Source: Verrucomicrobiota bacterium | GTDB lineage: Bacteria; Verrucomicrobiota; Verrucomicrobiia; Opitutales; Coraliomargaritaceae | NCBI GenBank assembly: GCA_039815375.1 | Contig: JBCBZJ010000020.1 | Location: 1-53,217 of the forward strand | Direction: 5' to 3' | Length of the DNA: 53,217 nucleotides | Shown here: positions 32,735 through 44,001 of the stretch, piece by piece | Position numbering within the stretch: the first letter of the stretch is position 1 | Layout: every line of letters begins with the position of its first letter | Translations under genes and position numbers: made by a program | Notes under the pieces: model-generated | Seen by the model: only the letters and a program-made list of their open reading frames with translations | Told to the model about the DNA's origin: nothing | Database searches by the model: none

Positions 32735-32892
32735 GTTTTCTTGATAAGTCGTTCGTCATAAATGGTAAGCAAAATCGCTCCCGTGCGCTCAAATTATTCG
32801 TCAGAAAACAGCTTGAATCGCGGGCACGAATAAAGCTTCCTCCAACGTTTCATTTATCGCAGAAACGAACCAAGGGATACGTAAAGAAGTCC

Positions 32893-34974
32893 ATGCCTCG
32901 CAAAAAGACGTCCAGGAAAAAAGAGAATCTCGAACTTGAGTTCGATCAGCCCGCCGCAAACGACGAACCTGCGCCTCTTTCTGACGACGACATCTTCGAT
33001 CTGAAAACAAACCGTGGCCACGTCGATGATATGTTCAGCGAATGGTTCCTTGATTATGCGAGTTATGTCATTCTGGAACGGGCCGTGCCACATGCCAACG
33101 ATGGCTTGAAACCCGTTCAGCGACGCATCCTGCACTCGATGCGCGAACTCGAGGACGGCCGCTACAACAAGGTGGCCAATGTCATCGGTAACACCATGAA
33201 ATATCACCCGCATGGGGATGCTTCCATCGCTGACGCCATGGTCCAGATCGGACAGAAAGAGCTCCTCATCGACATGCAGGGCAACTGGGGCAACACCTTT
33301 ACCGGAGACTCCGCCGCCGCCTCTCGCTACATCGAAGCACGTCTCTCCAAGTTCGCACTCGACGTGGTCTTTAACCCCAAGACCACCAACTGGCTCGCCT
33401 CCTACGATGGGCGCAACAAAGAGCCCGAAACGCTTCCGGTTAAGTTTCCACTGCTTCTCGCCCAAGGTGCCGAAGGCATTGCCGTCGGGCTCTCCTGCAA
33501 AATTCTTCCGCATAATTTCATCGAGCTACTCGATGGCTGTATCGCTTTTCTGCGTAAGGAGAAACCTGAGATCGTGCCGGACTTCCCCACCGGTGGCATT
33601 GCGGATGCCTCCGAATACAACAACGGCAAACGCGGCGGCCGCGTCAAGGTCCGTGCCCGCATCGAGGCCCGCAAGAAGAACCTGCTCGCCGTCACCGAAC
33701 TGCCTTTCGGCAAGACCACAACCTCGCTCATCGACTCCATTCTGGCAGCGAATGACAAGGGCAAGATCAAGATCGCTCGCGTCGAGGACAATACCGCTGA
33801 AAAGGTCGAGATCCTCATCTACCTCCCCTCCGGAGCCGAATCAGATACCGTCGAGCAAGCACTTTACGCCTTTACCGATTGCGAGGTCTCGATCTCGACC
33901 AATATCTGCGTGATCGAAAACGAGAAGCCGTATTTCTTTTCCGCGCAGGACCTCCTCTATCTCGCAACTGAAAAGACCCGTGAGCTACTCAAGCTTGAGC
34001 TCGAGATTCAACTTCGCGAGCTCGAAGAGAAATGGCACTTCAGCTCTCTCGAAAAGATCTTTATCGAAAAACGCATCTACCGTCGAATCGAAGAGGAGGA
34101 GACTTGGGAAGGCGTCATTGCGACCGTCGACAAAGGCCTCGATCCCTATAAAAAGCTACTCAAGCGCAAAGTCACTCGCGACGACATTCTCCGCCTTCTC
34201 GAGATTAAGATTAAACGCATTTCGAAATACGATTCCTTCAAGGCTGAGGAGCTGATCAAAACCCTCGAGGATGAGATCGCGGAGACCGAGAAGAACCTCA
34301 AATATCTCACCAAGTATGCCATAAAATGGTTCAACGAGCTAAAGAAGAAATACGGTAAAGGACGCGAGCGTCGAACCGAGCTCACTTCGTTCCAGAAGGT
34401 CGTCGCACAGAACGTCGTCATTGCTAACGAAACACTCTACGTCGACCGCAAGGAAGGCTTTGCCGGCACCAGTATGAAGAAGGATGAAGCCGTCTGCAAA
34501 TGCTCCAGTCTCGACGACATCATCGCCATTTCTCAAGACGGCACACTCAAAGTCAGCAAGGTCAGCGATAAAGCCTTCTTCGGGAAAAACATCCTGCACA
34601 TCGATGTCTTCAACCGCGCTGAACCCCAAGCGCTTACCTACTGCATGGTTTACCGCGACGGCAAGACCGGCCCGACCCTTGCCAAGCATTTCACGGTTGG
34701 CGGCGTCACTCGCGACAAAGAATATGACCTGACCAAGGGCAAGCCCGGCTCACGCGTCTTCTACATCTCTTACTACCCCACCGAAGGCGGCGAAACCGAC
34801 GCCGTAAAGGTCAATCTCAAGCCCGCACCACGCCTTCGAAAAACCGAAGAGGAGGTTTTCTTCAAAGACCTTGCCGTCCGCGGCCGCAGCAGCGGCGGGA
34901 ATATCGTCACGAAAAACGCCGTCCGCAACGTCGTCCGCCTACCCAAGGCCGCGCGCGAAGAGGCGGCAGAATAA
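32893..34974 (+). CDS. parC: DNA topoisomerase IV subunit A
   Basis: YASYVILERA, DGLKPVQRRI, YHPHGD, catalytic AAASRY; short C-terminal domain without a GyrA box. Confidence 0.85.
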   Translation: MPRKKTSRKKENLELEFDQPAANDEPAPLSDDDIFDLKTNRGHVDDMFSEWFLDYASYVILERAVPHANDGLKPVQRRILHSMRELEDGRYNKVANVIGNTMKYHPHGDASIADAMVQIGQKELLIDMQGNWGNTFTGDSAAASRYIEARLSKFALDVVFNPKTTNWLASYDGRNKEPETLPVKFPLLLAQGAEGIAVGLSCKILPHNFIELLDGCIAFLRKEKPEIVPDFPTGGIADASEYNNGKRGGRVKVRARIEARKKNLLAVTELPFGKTTTSLIDSILAANDKGKIKIARVEDNTAEKVEILIYLPSGAESDTVEQALYAFTDCEVSISTNICVIENEKPYFFSAQDLLYLATEKTRELLKLELEIQLRELEEKWHFSSLEKIFIEKRIYRRIEEEETWEGVIATVDKGLDPYKKLLKRKVTRDDILRLLEIKIKRISKYDSFKAEELIKTLEDEIAETEKNLKYLTKYAIKWFNELKKKYGKGRERRTELTSFQKVVAQNVVIANETLYVDRKEGFAGTSMKKDEAVCKCSSLDDIIAISQDGTLKVSKVSDKAFFGKNILHIDVFNRAEPQALTYCMVYRDGKTGPTLAKHFTVGGVTRDKEYDLTKGKPGSRVFYISYYPTEGGETDAVKVNLKPAPRLRKTEEEVFFKDLAVRGRSSGGNIVTKNAVRNVVRLPKAAREEAAE

Positions 34975-35371
34975 CATCTGATCGACCTGCATCGCTAATA
35001 AACCAGCCCGGGACCTCGGCAATTATCAGGAACGGGACCCTTGCCGCCCTACCACCATCGGGTATCAACTGCAGTCCGCTATTTCATTCTTGAGCCGAAA
35101 GGATGCAAGCGTACATCGATTGCCTTTCAGAACTGCGGTCACCTATGTCTATATGCTTCCCTGCTCTTTGCTTGCGGGGCACACTTCTCAACCTATCGCA
35201 TCGCCCGGGTTGAACGGATAGGCTTGGATTTGGACACGGTTCCAAAATATGCAGGAAGTCGCGCGAGTGCATATTAAGTCTGGCGCTGGAGGCATTGCAA
35301 ATTTGCCATCTGATGCAAAAAAAATAACATCATGATGTATGCGAACGACACTCGACCTCGACAAACCGCAT

Positions 35372-35851
35372 TTATTCCTGAACTGCGGTCAGCACAACGC
35401 TGGCATGAATTCCTAATCCGCGGCCACATTCGGTCAGGCCCTCACCTGTCGTCGCCGTGATGCACACATCGTCGATCGCAATGCCAAGAAGTCCTGCAAT
35501 CGACTCTCGGAGCGCAGGTACCTTTGGATCGATCTTCGGACGCAGACATTCGAGCACGATAGAGACATGACTGATCTGCCAGTCTCCGAGATCGGCTAAT
35601 GCAACCTTGAGATACTCTTTGCTATCGGTAATGCCTCCACGGCACATTTCGTCGGCAACTTTGCCGATCACGGTCTTGCCGGTGATTCCGCCTATCGCAT
35701 CGGTCAGGGCATGAAGCATCACATCCGCATCACTATTTCCATCGAGCGCCGGTGCGTCGTCGAAAACAAGGCCGCCCAAAACAAAGGGCCTGCCCGATTC
35801 ACCCTCAATGAAGCGATGACTGTCGAAACCAAGCCCTGTTTTAACCTTCAC
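35372..35851 (-). CDS. ispF: 2-C-methyl-D-erythritol 2,4-cyclodiphosphate synthase
   Basis: GLGFDSHRF, SDADV.LHAL.DA, ATTGEGL; GTG start. Confidence 0.9.
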   Translation of the reverse strand: MKVKTGLGFDSHRFIEGESGRPFVLGGLVFDDAPALDGNSDADVMLHALTDAIGGITGKTVIGKVADEMCRGGITDSKEYLKVALADLGDWQISHVSIVLECLRPKIDPKVPALRESIAGLLGIAIDDVCITATTGEGLTECGRGLGIHASVVLTAVQE

Positions 35852-35858
35852 GGTTGAA

Positions 35859-36263
35859 CTAAAGTTCGGGAAAGAAACGCTTCTTCTCCGCAGCAGCTGT
35901 TTCCGGCCCGTCGGAAGCGTGAACAACATTACGCATCATGTCGGTGCCGAGATCACCACGAATTGTGCCTGCGGCTGCTTCTTTCGAGTTTGTTGGCCCG
36001 AGAAGATCACGAACTTTGGCAATGACACCGTCGCCGGCCAGAAGCATCGGCATCACGGGGCGGCTACTCATGAATTCCTCGATCTCAGGAAAGAATGGCT
36101 TGTCGGCCACGTGGGCGTAGTGCTCACGAAGGATCGGCCCATCAAGCTGCATGATCTTTGAGGCAATGATCTCAAAGCCGGCTTTCTCGAAGCGGGATAT
36201 AACTTCACCAGCTACACGTTTTTCCATGCAATCCGGTTTAAGAATGATAAGTGTTTCTTCCAT
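35859..36263 (-). CDS. ndk: Nucleoside diphosphate kinase
   Basis: TLIILKPD, GTIRGD, NVVHASD. Confidence 0.97.
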   Translation of the reverse strand: MEETLIILKPDCMEKRVAGEVISRFEKAGFEIIASKIMQLDGPILREHYAHVADKPFFPEIEEFMSSRPVMPMLLAGDGVIAKVRDLLGPTNSKEAAAGTIRGDLGTDMMRNVVHASDGPETAAAEKKRFFPEL

Positions 36264-36337
36264 ATGAGGTTATTAAAAAAGCGTCAGTGAATGACCAAGT
36301 GCTTTCATGATGACAAGTCAAATTCGCCCCTGCGGCT

Positions 36338-36859
36338 CTAGAAGATAAAGTGCAGTATAAGGTGTAAACAAACGCACGCAGCAAGACCTGCAGCAAGGTC
36401 GTCGGCCACACAGCCAAGGCCCCCGGGTAAGTTTTGAAGGCGATTGATACCAAATGGCTTCAATACATCAAAGAAGCGAAAAAGCGCGAAGCCACCCAAT
36501 AGCACCGGCCAGCTTCCATGCTGTGCCACCAAACCGTAGGGGCCACTCATACCCAGAAAAACGAGGGGCATTGCGACAAATTCATCCAGAATAATCATGC
36601 CCGGATCCCGCATCTGTAATCGTTTTTCTGCTGCATCACAAAAAGCCACAGCAAGATACGCAAAAACCAAGGCAAGAAAGATGAACCCCAAGGGATGGGT
36701 ATTGTGAAAGCAAACTGCGTAAAGCCCAAGACCCGCTACGCTGCCGATTGTGCCTGGAGCCTTCTTCACCCGACCAAGCGGCCCAAGTGTGGCAAGATTT
36801 ACGACCAAGGGAGTCGAAAGCACATGCGTCCAAATCAGATAACGATTAAGATTCCTCAT
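36338..36859 (-). CDS. pgpA: Phosphatidylglycerophosphatase A
   Basis: APGT.GS, DPG.I.LDE, F.LFRFFD..KP, G.G..ADD..AG. Confidence 0.92.
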   Translation of the reverse strand: MRNLNRYLIWTHVLSTPLVVNLATLGPLGRVKKAPGTIGSVAGLGLYAVCFHNTHPLGFIFLALVFAYLAVAFCDAAEKRLQMRDPGMIILDEFVAMPLVFLGMSGPYGLVAQHGSWPVLLGGFALFRFFDVLKPFGINRLQNLPGGLGCVADDLAAGLAACVCLHLILHFIF

Positions 36860-37451
36860 TTTTAGATGCTTCCTCCCCGATAAAGACCGACCAGTATTTG
36901 ACCATATATTGAGTTCCGGATGACACCGTCAAAACCGTAGCAATAACAAAAAAAATGAGCCCACCTATGTGGAGACTATCGCCTATCCAAACCGGAAGAA
37001 CATCGAGAAAGTCTTTCCGCACGGCTATGGCCATGAGCAGCAGAACTGCAGAAACGATTTGAGAAACTGTCTTATGCTTTCCCGATTTCTCGGCCGCCAG
37101 CACGATTCCGGAGCTCGCTGCAACGAGGCGAAGCCCAGTTATAAGGAACTCCCGGGACAGAATGAGAAGCAAAAGCGGCAGAACCCAGGGTGGCAAGATA
37201 TCTGCAACCAGTAGGGAGATGAACAAACCGACCATGAAGACCTTGTCAGTAAGCGCATCCATCAGTTTACCGAAATTGGAAACGAGCCCTTGCTTACGCG
37301 CCACATAACCGTCCGCCCAATCCGTCAATGCCCCGAGAACAAAGAGAATAAAGGCCAGCGTGCTTGCGCCTGTAAATGGCAGATAAAGCAGCCCAACAAT
37401 ACCGAAGAGGATTGGGATGCGCGAAAGCGTAAGCAGGTTCGGAAGATTCAC
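36846..37451 (-). CDS. pgsA: CDP-diacylglycerol--glycerol-3-phosphate 3-phosphatidyltransferase
   Basis: NLPNLLT..RI and TD.ADG..AR.....FGK.MD...DK. Confidence 0.93.
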   Translation of the reverse strand: MNLPNLLTLSRIPILFGIVGLLYLPFTGASTLAFILFVLGALTDWADGYVARKQGLVSNFGKLMDALTDKVFMVGLFISLLVADILPPWVLPLLLLILSREFLITGLRLVAASSGIVLAAEKSGKHKTVSQIVSAVLLLMAIAVRKDFLDVLPVWIGDSLHIGGLIFFVIATVLTVSSGTQYMVKYWSVFIGEEASKNEES

Positions 37452-37562
37452 TGTGCGCAGATTGTGGATGCTCGCGGATGGCTGCTAGACAAAAATTGTA
37501 GATATATGGATATGTATTAGAGTTGGACATCCCGCTTTTCTTGAACTCAATCCAAGCCTGTT

Positions 37563-38048
37563 ATGAAAATCGGCATTTATCCCGGCTCCTTCGATCCCAT
37601 TACCAATGGGCACCTCGATGTGATCAACCGTGCGCGCCGTATTTTTGACAAAGTCGTCATCGCCGTTGCGCGCAATGCCGCAAAGCAACCACTCTTCGAT
37701 GCGGACGTGCGTGTTCGCCTCATCGAAGAGAATCTTGCGGACCGGCCGAACGTTTCTGTGATCGCATTCGATGGATTGATCGTCGACCTTGCCCGCGAAC
37801 TAAATGCCGTTGCTCTAATCCGCGGACTCCGAGCCGTCTCCGACTTCGAGCACGAGTTTCAAATGGCCCAGATGAACCGTCACCTCGACGAAAATATTGA
37901 GACTATTTTCCTTATGCCAAATGAACGCTACTTCTTTACCAGCTCGAATTTGGTCAAGCAGGTCTTTAAATTCACGGATCGAGAGAAAAACCTCATCCCG
38001 GAAAACGTGCATACGGCACTTTCGGAGAAATTCGGCCATAGCGATTAA
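37563..38048 (+). CDS. coaD: Phosphopantetheine adenylyltransferase
   Basis: [23 protein letters not shown]. Confidence 0.97.
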   Translation: MKIGIYPGSFDPITNGHLDVINRARRIFDKVVIAVARNAAKQPLFDADVRVRLIEENLADRPNVSVIAFDGLIVDLARELNAVALIRGLRAVSDFEHEFQMAQMNRHLDENIETIFLMPNERYFFTSSNLVKQVFKFTDREKNLIPENVHTALSEKFGHSD

Positions 38049-39389
38049 ATGGCCGTAGATCAATCTTCACCCGAGCCGACGCAGAAAAAGCGCACGCTCG
38101 GCATTATTTTCCTGACCCTATTTCTGGATCTGGTCGGATTTTCTATAATCTTTCCACTTTTCCCCGCGATGCTCGACTACTACCTGCCCGATGGCGCAGG
38201 AGATGGCAGCCTTCTCGGGAAACTTGTTGCACCACTCGCAAGCTGGGCTGAAGCCAGTGGTGCAGAGAACCCTCGCCTGATGACGGCTGTGCTCTTTGGT
38301 GGTATTCTCGGTTCGCTTTATTCGGTTCTCCAATTTCTCTGTTCGCCACTATGGGGAGCCTGGTCGGATCGGATCGGGCGCCGAAAGGTGCTCCTGCTGA
38401 CCATAAGCGGTCTGGCATTGAGCTATCTGATCTGGTGCGTCGCTGCTTCATTCTGGGTGCTCGTGTTGGCGCGTGTGCTCGGTGGCGCAATGGGTGGTAA
38501 CATCTCGGTAGCCACGGCAGCAGTTGCCGACAGCACGACGCGAGAGAAGCGCTCCAGTGGCCTTGCTATCGTTGGCATCGCCTTCGGACTGGGGTTTATC
38601 GTCGGACCCGCAATAGGTGGGCTATTTGCAAAAATCGATCTCACGACGATCGCTCCATCACTTGAGAACTTTGGTATTAACCCTTTCTCTGTCCCAGCGC
38701 TGGTCAGCCTGATCCTCGCAGTCATCAATCTGGCCTGGGTCTACACCCAATTTGAGGAAACCCTACCGGAGGAGAAGCGTGATTCGAGCAACTCTGAAAA
38801 CCGCGGCTTAGCTGCTTTCCAAATCTTTACAGCAGGCAACGCTAACACGCGTCGCACTAACCTGCTCTATCTGATCTTCATGACCGCATTTAGTGGGATG
38901 GAGTTCACACTCACCTTCCTCGCAGTCGAGCGCTTCGCATTCTCACCGGCGCAGAACGGTGGCATGTTCGTCTATATCGGCTTCATTCTGATTCTTGTGC
39001 AAGGCGGCATCGTGCGAAGACTCGCAGGACCTGTCGGCGAGAAACGCCTCGCTATTGCCGGTCTTGTCTTCGGCTTCGCCGCGTTCCTCACACTTGCAAT
39101 CGCCTTTCAACTCGGAGTCTTCTTCCTCGCACTTGCAGCGCTGGCCTTTGCCATCGGCCTCTCATCGCCGACGCTGAGCTCGCTTGTATCACTCTACTCG
39201 TCCGATGCAGAGCAAGGAGCCAATCTTGGGGTATTCCGTTCGGCAGGCTCCCTTGCTCGCACTATCGGGCCCCTACTCGCCGCTTTCGTCTATTTTGCCT
39301 ACGGTTCGCAAAGTGCCTATATTTTTGGCGCGCTGATCGTCGTCATTCCGATGCTGATGGCCTTGAAGTTGCCTCAGCCAACGAAATAG
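38049..39389 (+). CDS. MFS transporter (TetA/DHA1-like)
   Basis: 12 TM; WG.WSDR.GRR motif A; GF..GPAIGG motif C. Confidence 0.9.
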   Translation: MAVDQSSPEPTQKKRTLGIIFLTLFLDLVGFSIIFPLFPAMLDYYLPDGAGDGSLLGKLVAPLASWAEASGAENPRLMTAVLFGGILGSLYSVLQFLCSPLWGAWSDRIGRRKVLLLTISGLALSYLIWCVAASFWVLVLARVLGGAMGGNISVATAAVADSTTREKRSSGLAIVGIAFGLGFIVGPAIGGLFAKIDLTTIAPSLENFGINPFSVPALVSLILAVINLAWVYTQFEETLPEEKRDSSNSENRGLAAFQIFTAGNANTRRTNLLYLIFMTAFSGMEFTLTFLAVERFAFSPAQNGGMFVYIGFILILVQGGIVRRLAGPVGEKRLAIAGLVFGFAAFLTLAIAFQLGVFFLALAALAFAIGLSSPTLSSLVSLYSSDAEQGANLGVFRSAGSLARTIGPLLAAFVYFAYGSQSAYIFGALIVVIPMLMALKLPQPTK

Positions 39390-39394
39390 GCGAG

Positions 39395-40324
39395 CTACTT
39401 CACTCCGCTTGCCAGCACGGTTTCGAAATTTGGCTCTTGGTCTTCACGAGCGACCACATCGACTTTGACCTGCCGAAAGCCAGCTGATTTAAGATACTGG
39501 TAAAGCGAGTTTTCAGAAAATCCGAGCCAAACATCCGCATAGAGTTCGCGGGCTTTCTCGAATTGATGCTCCAGTAAATCGATAATGATGATTTGACCAC
39601 CGGGCTTGAGGATACGGGAAGCCTCCTCGACAGCCTTTTGCGGGTGTTGTGCATGATGCAGGGCCTGGCTGAGCAAAGCAAGGTCTACGCTCTGGTCCTC
39701 CAACGGGATTTTTTCGATGTCGCCAAGTCTGTAGCTCAAATTGCTGAAGCCATTCTTTTTCGCGAGCTCACTGCCGAACTCTATCATTTTCGCAGAATTG
39801 TCCACACAGACGACTTGCTCGGCCCGTTTTGCAAGTAGTTGCGAAAGCAAACCTTCGCCCGCACCAAGGTCAGCAATCTTGATCTTCGGCGTCAGATGTA
39901 AGAGGAAGTGGCCGATCGCCTCCCAACTGCGACCGGGGCAATAGTTCTTACCCAGCCTCCCGGCAACCGAGTTGAAATATTGCTCAGACTTTTGTTTTCG
40001 CTTCTCGAGAATGCGCTTTAAATTAGCGTGGTCCGCTTCGATCTGCGCCGTCTTTTCGACTGAGCTGCATGCCGCTTGCAGCAGTCTGGCGGCACCGATC
40101 TCGACTGCTTCGTTCAGCGCATAGAAAGTCTTCTTTCCTTCGCGACGATCATGCACCAGCTCACCCTGACGCAAGAGCCCAAGATGCGAAGAGATTCTTG
40201 ATTGTCCCATGTCCAGCACCTCCTGCAACTCGGCTACCGACAGCTCCTCTTTTGCCAATAGGCTGAGGATGCGCACCCGGGTCGAGTCGGCCAACAGTTT
40301 GAGGGTTTCCCAAGAATCAGACAT
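39395..40324 (-). CDS. ArsR HTH + SAM-binding domain regulator (SahR-like)
   Basis: LAD.TR.RIL.LL...ELSV.EL...QSRIS.HL HTH fused to a DLGAGEG class I methyltransferase fold. Confidence 0.88.
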   Translation of the reverse strand: MSDSWETLKLLADSTRVRILSLLAKEELSVAELQEVLDMGQSRISSHLGLLRQGELVHDRREGKKTFYALNEAVEIGAARLLQAACSSVEKTAQIEADHANLKRILEKRKQKSEQYFNSVAGRLGKNYCPGRSWEAIGHFLLHLTPKIKIADLGAGEGLLSQLLAKRAEQVVCVDNSAKMIEFGSELAKKNGFSNLSYRLGDIEKIPLEDQSVDLALLSQALHHAQHPQKAVEEASRILKPGGQIIIIDLLEHQFEKARELYADVWLGFSENSLYQYLKSAGFRQVKVDVVAREDQEPNFETVLASGVK

Positions 40325-40410
40325 TATTTGGCGAGATAGTGAGCAAAAGCCATTATCAGACAACAGGTTTTTGCATTTGAAGTGACTCAAGCGAAAACTA
40401 AACAGGGACG

Positions 40411-41499
40411 ATGGATTTTATTTTCGCTGTTCAGGGTGAAGGCCGCGGCCACCTCACCCAAGCCATTACCGTGCATGACATGCTTACCAAGCATGGGCAC
40501 AAGGTGGTCAAAATCATCGTCGGCGTGAATATGAACCGGAAACTTCCTGACTTTTTCGTTGAACGCTTCAGCCACCTGATAGTGGAAATACCAACCCTGA
40601 GCTTCGCAGTTGTTAAGGATAAGAACATTTCCACGATTAGAACCGGAGTGAAATTTTTTGCTTCGATTCGTTCCTTTCGACGCAGCGCCAAGGAGTTGGC
40701 AGATAAGTTGGATGCTCTTGAATATGACATGCTCTTGAATTTCTACGAGCCCGTTTCCGGCTGGGCACATAAACTCAGCAACAAATGCAAGGGACGGCCC
40801 ATTATCTCGTTCGGCCACCAGTTTATGGTCGAACATCCGAAATTTATTCGAAGCCGAAAATACATCGTTCAGCAACGTATACTTCGTATCCTTAACAGAT
40901 ATGTGAGCAGCAACGGTCACAAAATCGCGCTTTCATTCTACGAGGCGGAGCCGGTCGAAAAGAAACGGCTCCATGTTTGCCCTCCCCTGCTTCGGGACAC
41001 CGTTAAATCAAGCCAAACCGCTACTCAGGAAAACTTCCTACTAGTCTACCTGCTCAACACTGGATACGCCAAGGTTTTGGAAGCCTGGCACCAGAACAAT
41101 CCACACGTGAAAATTCACTGTTTTGTTCAGGACCCGCCGGAGAGCCAACACCCGAATCTGGTTTATCACGAACTCAACGGCGAGAAGTTCATTGCGATGA
41201 TGCGTCGCTGCAAAGCTGTGCTCTGCACCGCCGGCTTCGAGTCAGTCTGTGAGGCCGCCTATCTGGGCAAGCCTGTCTACATGGTGCCTGTCGAAAAACA
41301 TGGCGAACAATACCTCAACGCACTTGACGCCAGGAAAGCAGGTATCGCTAAACGTGGCTCTTTTTCAAACCTCGGTCGGCTGCTCAATAAAAACTTTTGG
41401 CCAACCACCGAAAGCTTCCGAATCTGGTGCGAGAGTTCAGAAGAGATGATTCTTGAGGTAATCAACGAAGTCTGGCAACAGAATCAGCCTCCGGCATAA
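40411..41499 (+). CDS. GT-B glycosyltransferase (MJ1255-like)
   Basis: VQGEGRGH, TAGFE...EA..LGKP, EQ..NA. Confidence 0.85.
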   Translation: MDFIFAVQGEGRGHLTQAITVHDMLTKHGHKVVKIIVGVNMNRKLPDFFVERFSHLIVEIPTLSFAVVKDKNISTIRTGVKFFASIRSFRRSAKELADKLDALEYDMLLNFYEPVSGWAHKLSNKCKGRPIISFGHQFMVEHPKFIRSRKYIVQQRILRILNRYVSSNGHKIALSFYEAEPVEKKRLHVCPPLLRDTVKSSQTATQENFLLVYLLNTGYAKVLEAWHQNNPHVKIHCFVQDPPESQHPNLVYHELNGEKFIAMMRRCKAVLCTAGFESVCEAAYLGKPVYMVPVEKHGEQYLNALDARKAGIAKRGSFSNLGRLLNKNFWPTTESFRIWCESSEEMILEVINEVWQQNQPPA

Positions 41500-41508
41500 C
41501 TCAAGTAA

Positions 41509-42846
41509 ATGGCAAAAATCGCAATAGTCGGGTCTGGTATCACCGCATTGGCCACTGCATGGCAGCGAAGTCACCAAGGTGATGAGTGCACGGTTCTCGA
41601 AACGTCTAATAAAATTGGTGGGGCAATTCAAAGCCATCGCGAAGGTGACTATCTTGCCGAGGAAGGCCCCAACTCGATTCAAGTTAACAGTCAGGAACTC
41701 GACGACTTTCTGCGTGGTATTCCCGGACTGGAAGAACTTGTGGTCGAAGCAGATACCGTCGCAAACAAACGCTTCATCGTGCGCGATGGAAAGCTCCATC
41801 CCGTGCCCATGAAACCATGGCAGGCGATCACCACTCCACTATGGTCCGTCGGCGGTCGGCTCCGCGTGCTCAAAGAGCCCTTTGTCAAAGCGATCAGTTC
41901 GGAAACCGAAGAAAGCGCCGCTGATTTTGTGCGGCGCCGTCTCGGGAACGAACTCTATGAATATGCCGTTAATCCACTTATCGGTGGGATCTATGCCGGC
42001 GACCCGGAACAACTTTCGCTCCGCTACGCGTTCCCGAAGCTCCATGCCATCGAACAGGCACACGGAGGACTCATCCGTGGAGCCATTGCGAAGATGCGCG
42101 AACGCAGAAAGAGCAATGCACCAAAGTTACGGAAGCGTATCGTCTCGTTCCAAAACGGCCTCCATGAACTTCCAGATCAGCTCGCCAAGGCACTCGGGGA
42201 TCGGGTTCAGACAAACGTATCCATCCAATCGATACAGCGGGAAAGCGGTGCCTGGTTTATCCAATGGAATGGCAAGACCGCGCAATACGATGAGGTTGTA
42301 ATGACTGTCCCCTCACATGTGCTGAAAAAACTTCCGCTTGAAGATGACCTACTTGAATCCATTCAAGCGCTTGAGACCATCGAGTATCCACCGGTTTCCG
42401 TACTCAGTCTTGCCTTTAAGCGCAGCGATATTGCGCATCCTCTGGACGGCTTCGGTGCCCTGATTCCTGAATGCGAAGGACACAAGATCCTTGGTGTGCT
42501 CTTTCCGAGCTCGATCTTCAAGCAACGCGCCCCGGATGACGAAGTAATGCTGACGGCTTTTGTCGGCGGCGAACGCCAACCCGAATTCGCTACTGCCGAC
42601 ACAGAACAAGTCAAAGCCATCGTTCTTGAGGAGCTTCGCCAGCTGCTTGGCCTTTCCGGCGAGCCGACCTTTCTTCATCACCGCCACTGGCCGAAAGCCA
42701 TCCCTCAATACAAGCTCGGCTATGGCAACTTGCTTGAAAAGATGGAACAAATTGAAGCCGACTTCCCGGGGCTCAAGCTGGCCGGCAACTACCGCACCGG
42801 CATTTCGCTGACCTATTGTATCGAAACCGCGCTAGCTGGGAATTAG
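41509..42846 (+). CDS. hemY: Protoporphyrinogen oxidase (HemY-type)
   Basis: FAD motif, EEGPNS, GIYAGDP..LS, FG.L.P, W..AIPQY. Confidence 0.9.
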   Translation: MAKIAIVGSGITALATAWQRSHQGDECTVLETSNKIGGAIQSHREGDYLAEEGPNSIQVNSQELDDFLRGIPGLEELVVEADTVANKRFIVRDGKLHPVPMKPWQAITTPLWSVGGRLRVLKEPFVKAISSETEESAADFVRRRLGNELYEYAVNPLIGGIYAGDPEQLSLRYAFPKLHAIEQAHGGLIRGAIAKMRERRKSNAPKLRKRIVSFQNGLHELPDQLAKALGDRVQTNVSIQSIQRESGAWFIQWNGKTAQYDEVVMTVPSHVLKKLPLEDDLLESIQALETIEYPPVSVLSLAFKRSDIAHPLDGFGALIPECEGHKILGVLFPSSIFKQRAPDDEVMLTAFVGGERQPEFATADTEQVKAIVLEELRQLLGLSGEPTFLHHRHWPKAIPQYKLGYGNLLEKMEQIEADFPGLKLAGNYRTGISLTYCIETALAGN

Positions 42847-44001
42847 CCATTCAACCGCACTTGTTTGATTTCCCGGTTCGAGTAGTTCACGAAGTTCTTT
42901 GGCAGAAACGTTCGCAGTTTCGGCAGCTTCCTCAGTCAGCGCATTCAGGATTTCTGTTGCAAGTTGCCCTTCTGTAGCTGCTCCCTGAATGTACTCTTTG
43001 TGCAGCGGGCGGTCCAGAAGCAGGTTTGCGATGCCGATGTAGGGTATGTTTACCAGAAAGCGCCCCATCCAGTAGCTCATGGGGTGCAGGCGGTAAGCAA
43101 TCGCACCAGGGATACCCGATAAGGCAACCGCCAACGACATGGTGCCCGAACTCATCAAGACTGCACTCGCTGGAATCTGCTTCTGCTCCTTGGAACTAAA
43201 AACAACTTTGTCCTGAAGATTTGGATACAGCTGAAGAATCGACTCCAGTTGCTCAAGAATCTGTCGGCTGGGGTAAATCACCTGCGCCTCTAGCTTCGCA
43301 TCGGACTCCAGTGCTTTGGCGAAGGCATCAAGCAGGATCGGGAAGATCCGGCTGACCGGCGTAGTTCGGCTTCCCGGAAGCAAGAGAACCGGAGCCTTTC
43401 TATCATAAACAAAGGGCAGTTCGTAGCCCAGCCGAACGAAAGGATGGCCGACGAAGTTCACCGGCAGGTCAGTATCTTTATAGCAGTCCACTTCAAAGGG
43501 AAAGATCACTCCGAGCCGGTCGAGTATCCTGGCCATCTTGAAGCGGCGCTTCGCTTTCCACGCCCAGATCTGTGGACCGATGTAGTAACTCACTTCAATC
43601 TGGCCTCCGCTTTTCTTGCTCAGCCCTCTTTGAAAGAGTTGATCGGCCAGGCGCAGGTTGAAGCCGGGATAGTCGACAAAACAAATACGCTTCGGTTGGT
43701 AGCGTTCGATCCAGTCGAGAGTGCGGTTGAACAGCGATTTAAAGAAACTGTAGTGTTTAACGACTTCAACGAATCCGACAACTGAAACCGCCGTGAGGTC
43801 GTAGAGCAATTGAGCACCCGCAGCCTGCAGCTCGACTCCTCCAAGGCAGGCCACCTTGAGCTGAGGGTTACGCGCCTTCAGCCCGGCGACCAAATGCGCG
43901 GCATGTTCATCGCCGGAATGCTCGCCTGCAATGACCAATAAGTCCGGTCGACCGTCTTTCGGTTGCGGAAATTCAGTCGTGGCTGGAAGCGAATCAGACA
44001 C
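42832..44001 (-). CDS. lpxB: Lipid-A-disaccharide synthase
   Basis: AGEHSGD, VDYPGFNL, PQIWAWK, FVGHP, LLPGSR, SGT. Confidence 0.95.
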   Translation of the reverse strand: MSDSLPATTEFPQPKDGRPDLLVIAGEHSGDEHAAHLVAGLKARNPQLKVACLGGVELQAAGAQLLYDLTAVSVVGFVEVVKHYSFFKSLFNRTLDWIERYQPKRICFVDYPGFNLRLADQLFQRGLSKKSGGQIEVSYYIGPQIWAWKAKRRFKMARILDRLGVIFPFEVDCYKDTDLPVNFVGHPFVRLGYELPFVYDRKAPVLLLPGSRTTPVSRIFPILLDAFAKALESDAKLEAQVIYPSRQILEQLESILQLYPNLQDKVVFSSKEQKQIPASAVLMSSGTMSLAVALSGIPGAIAYRLHPMSYWMGRFLVNIPYIGIANLLLDRPLHKEYIQGAATEGQLATEILNALTEEAAETANVSAKELRELLEPGNQTSAVEWLIPS

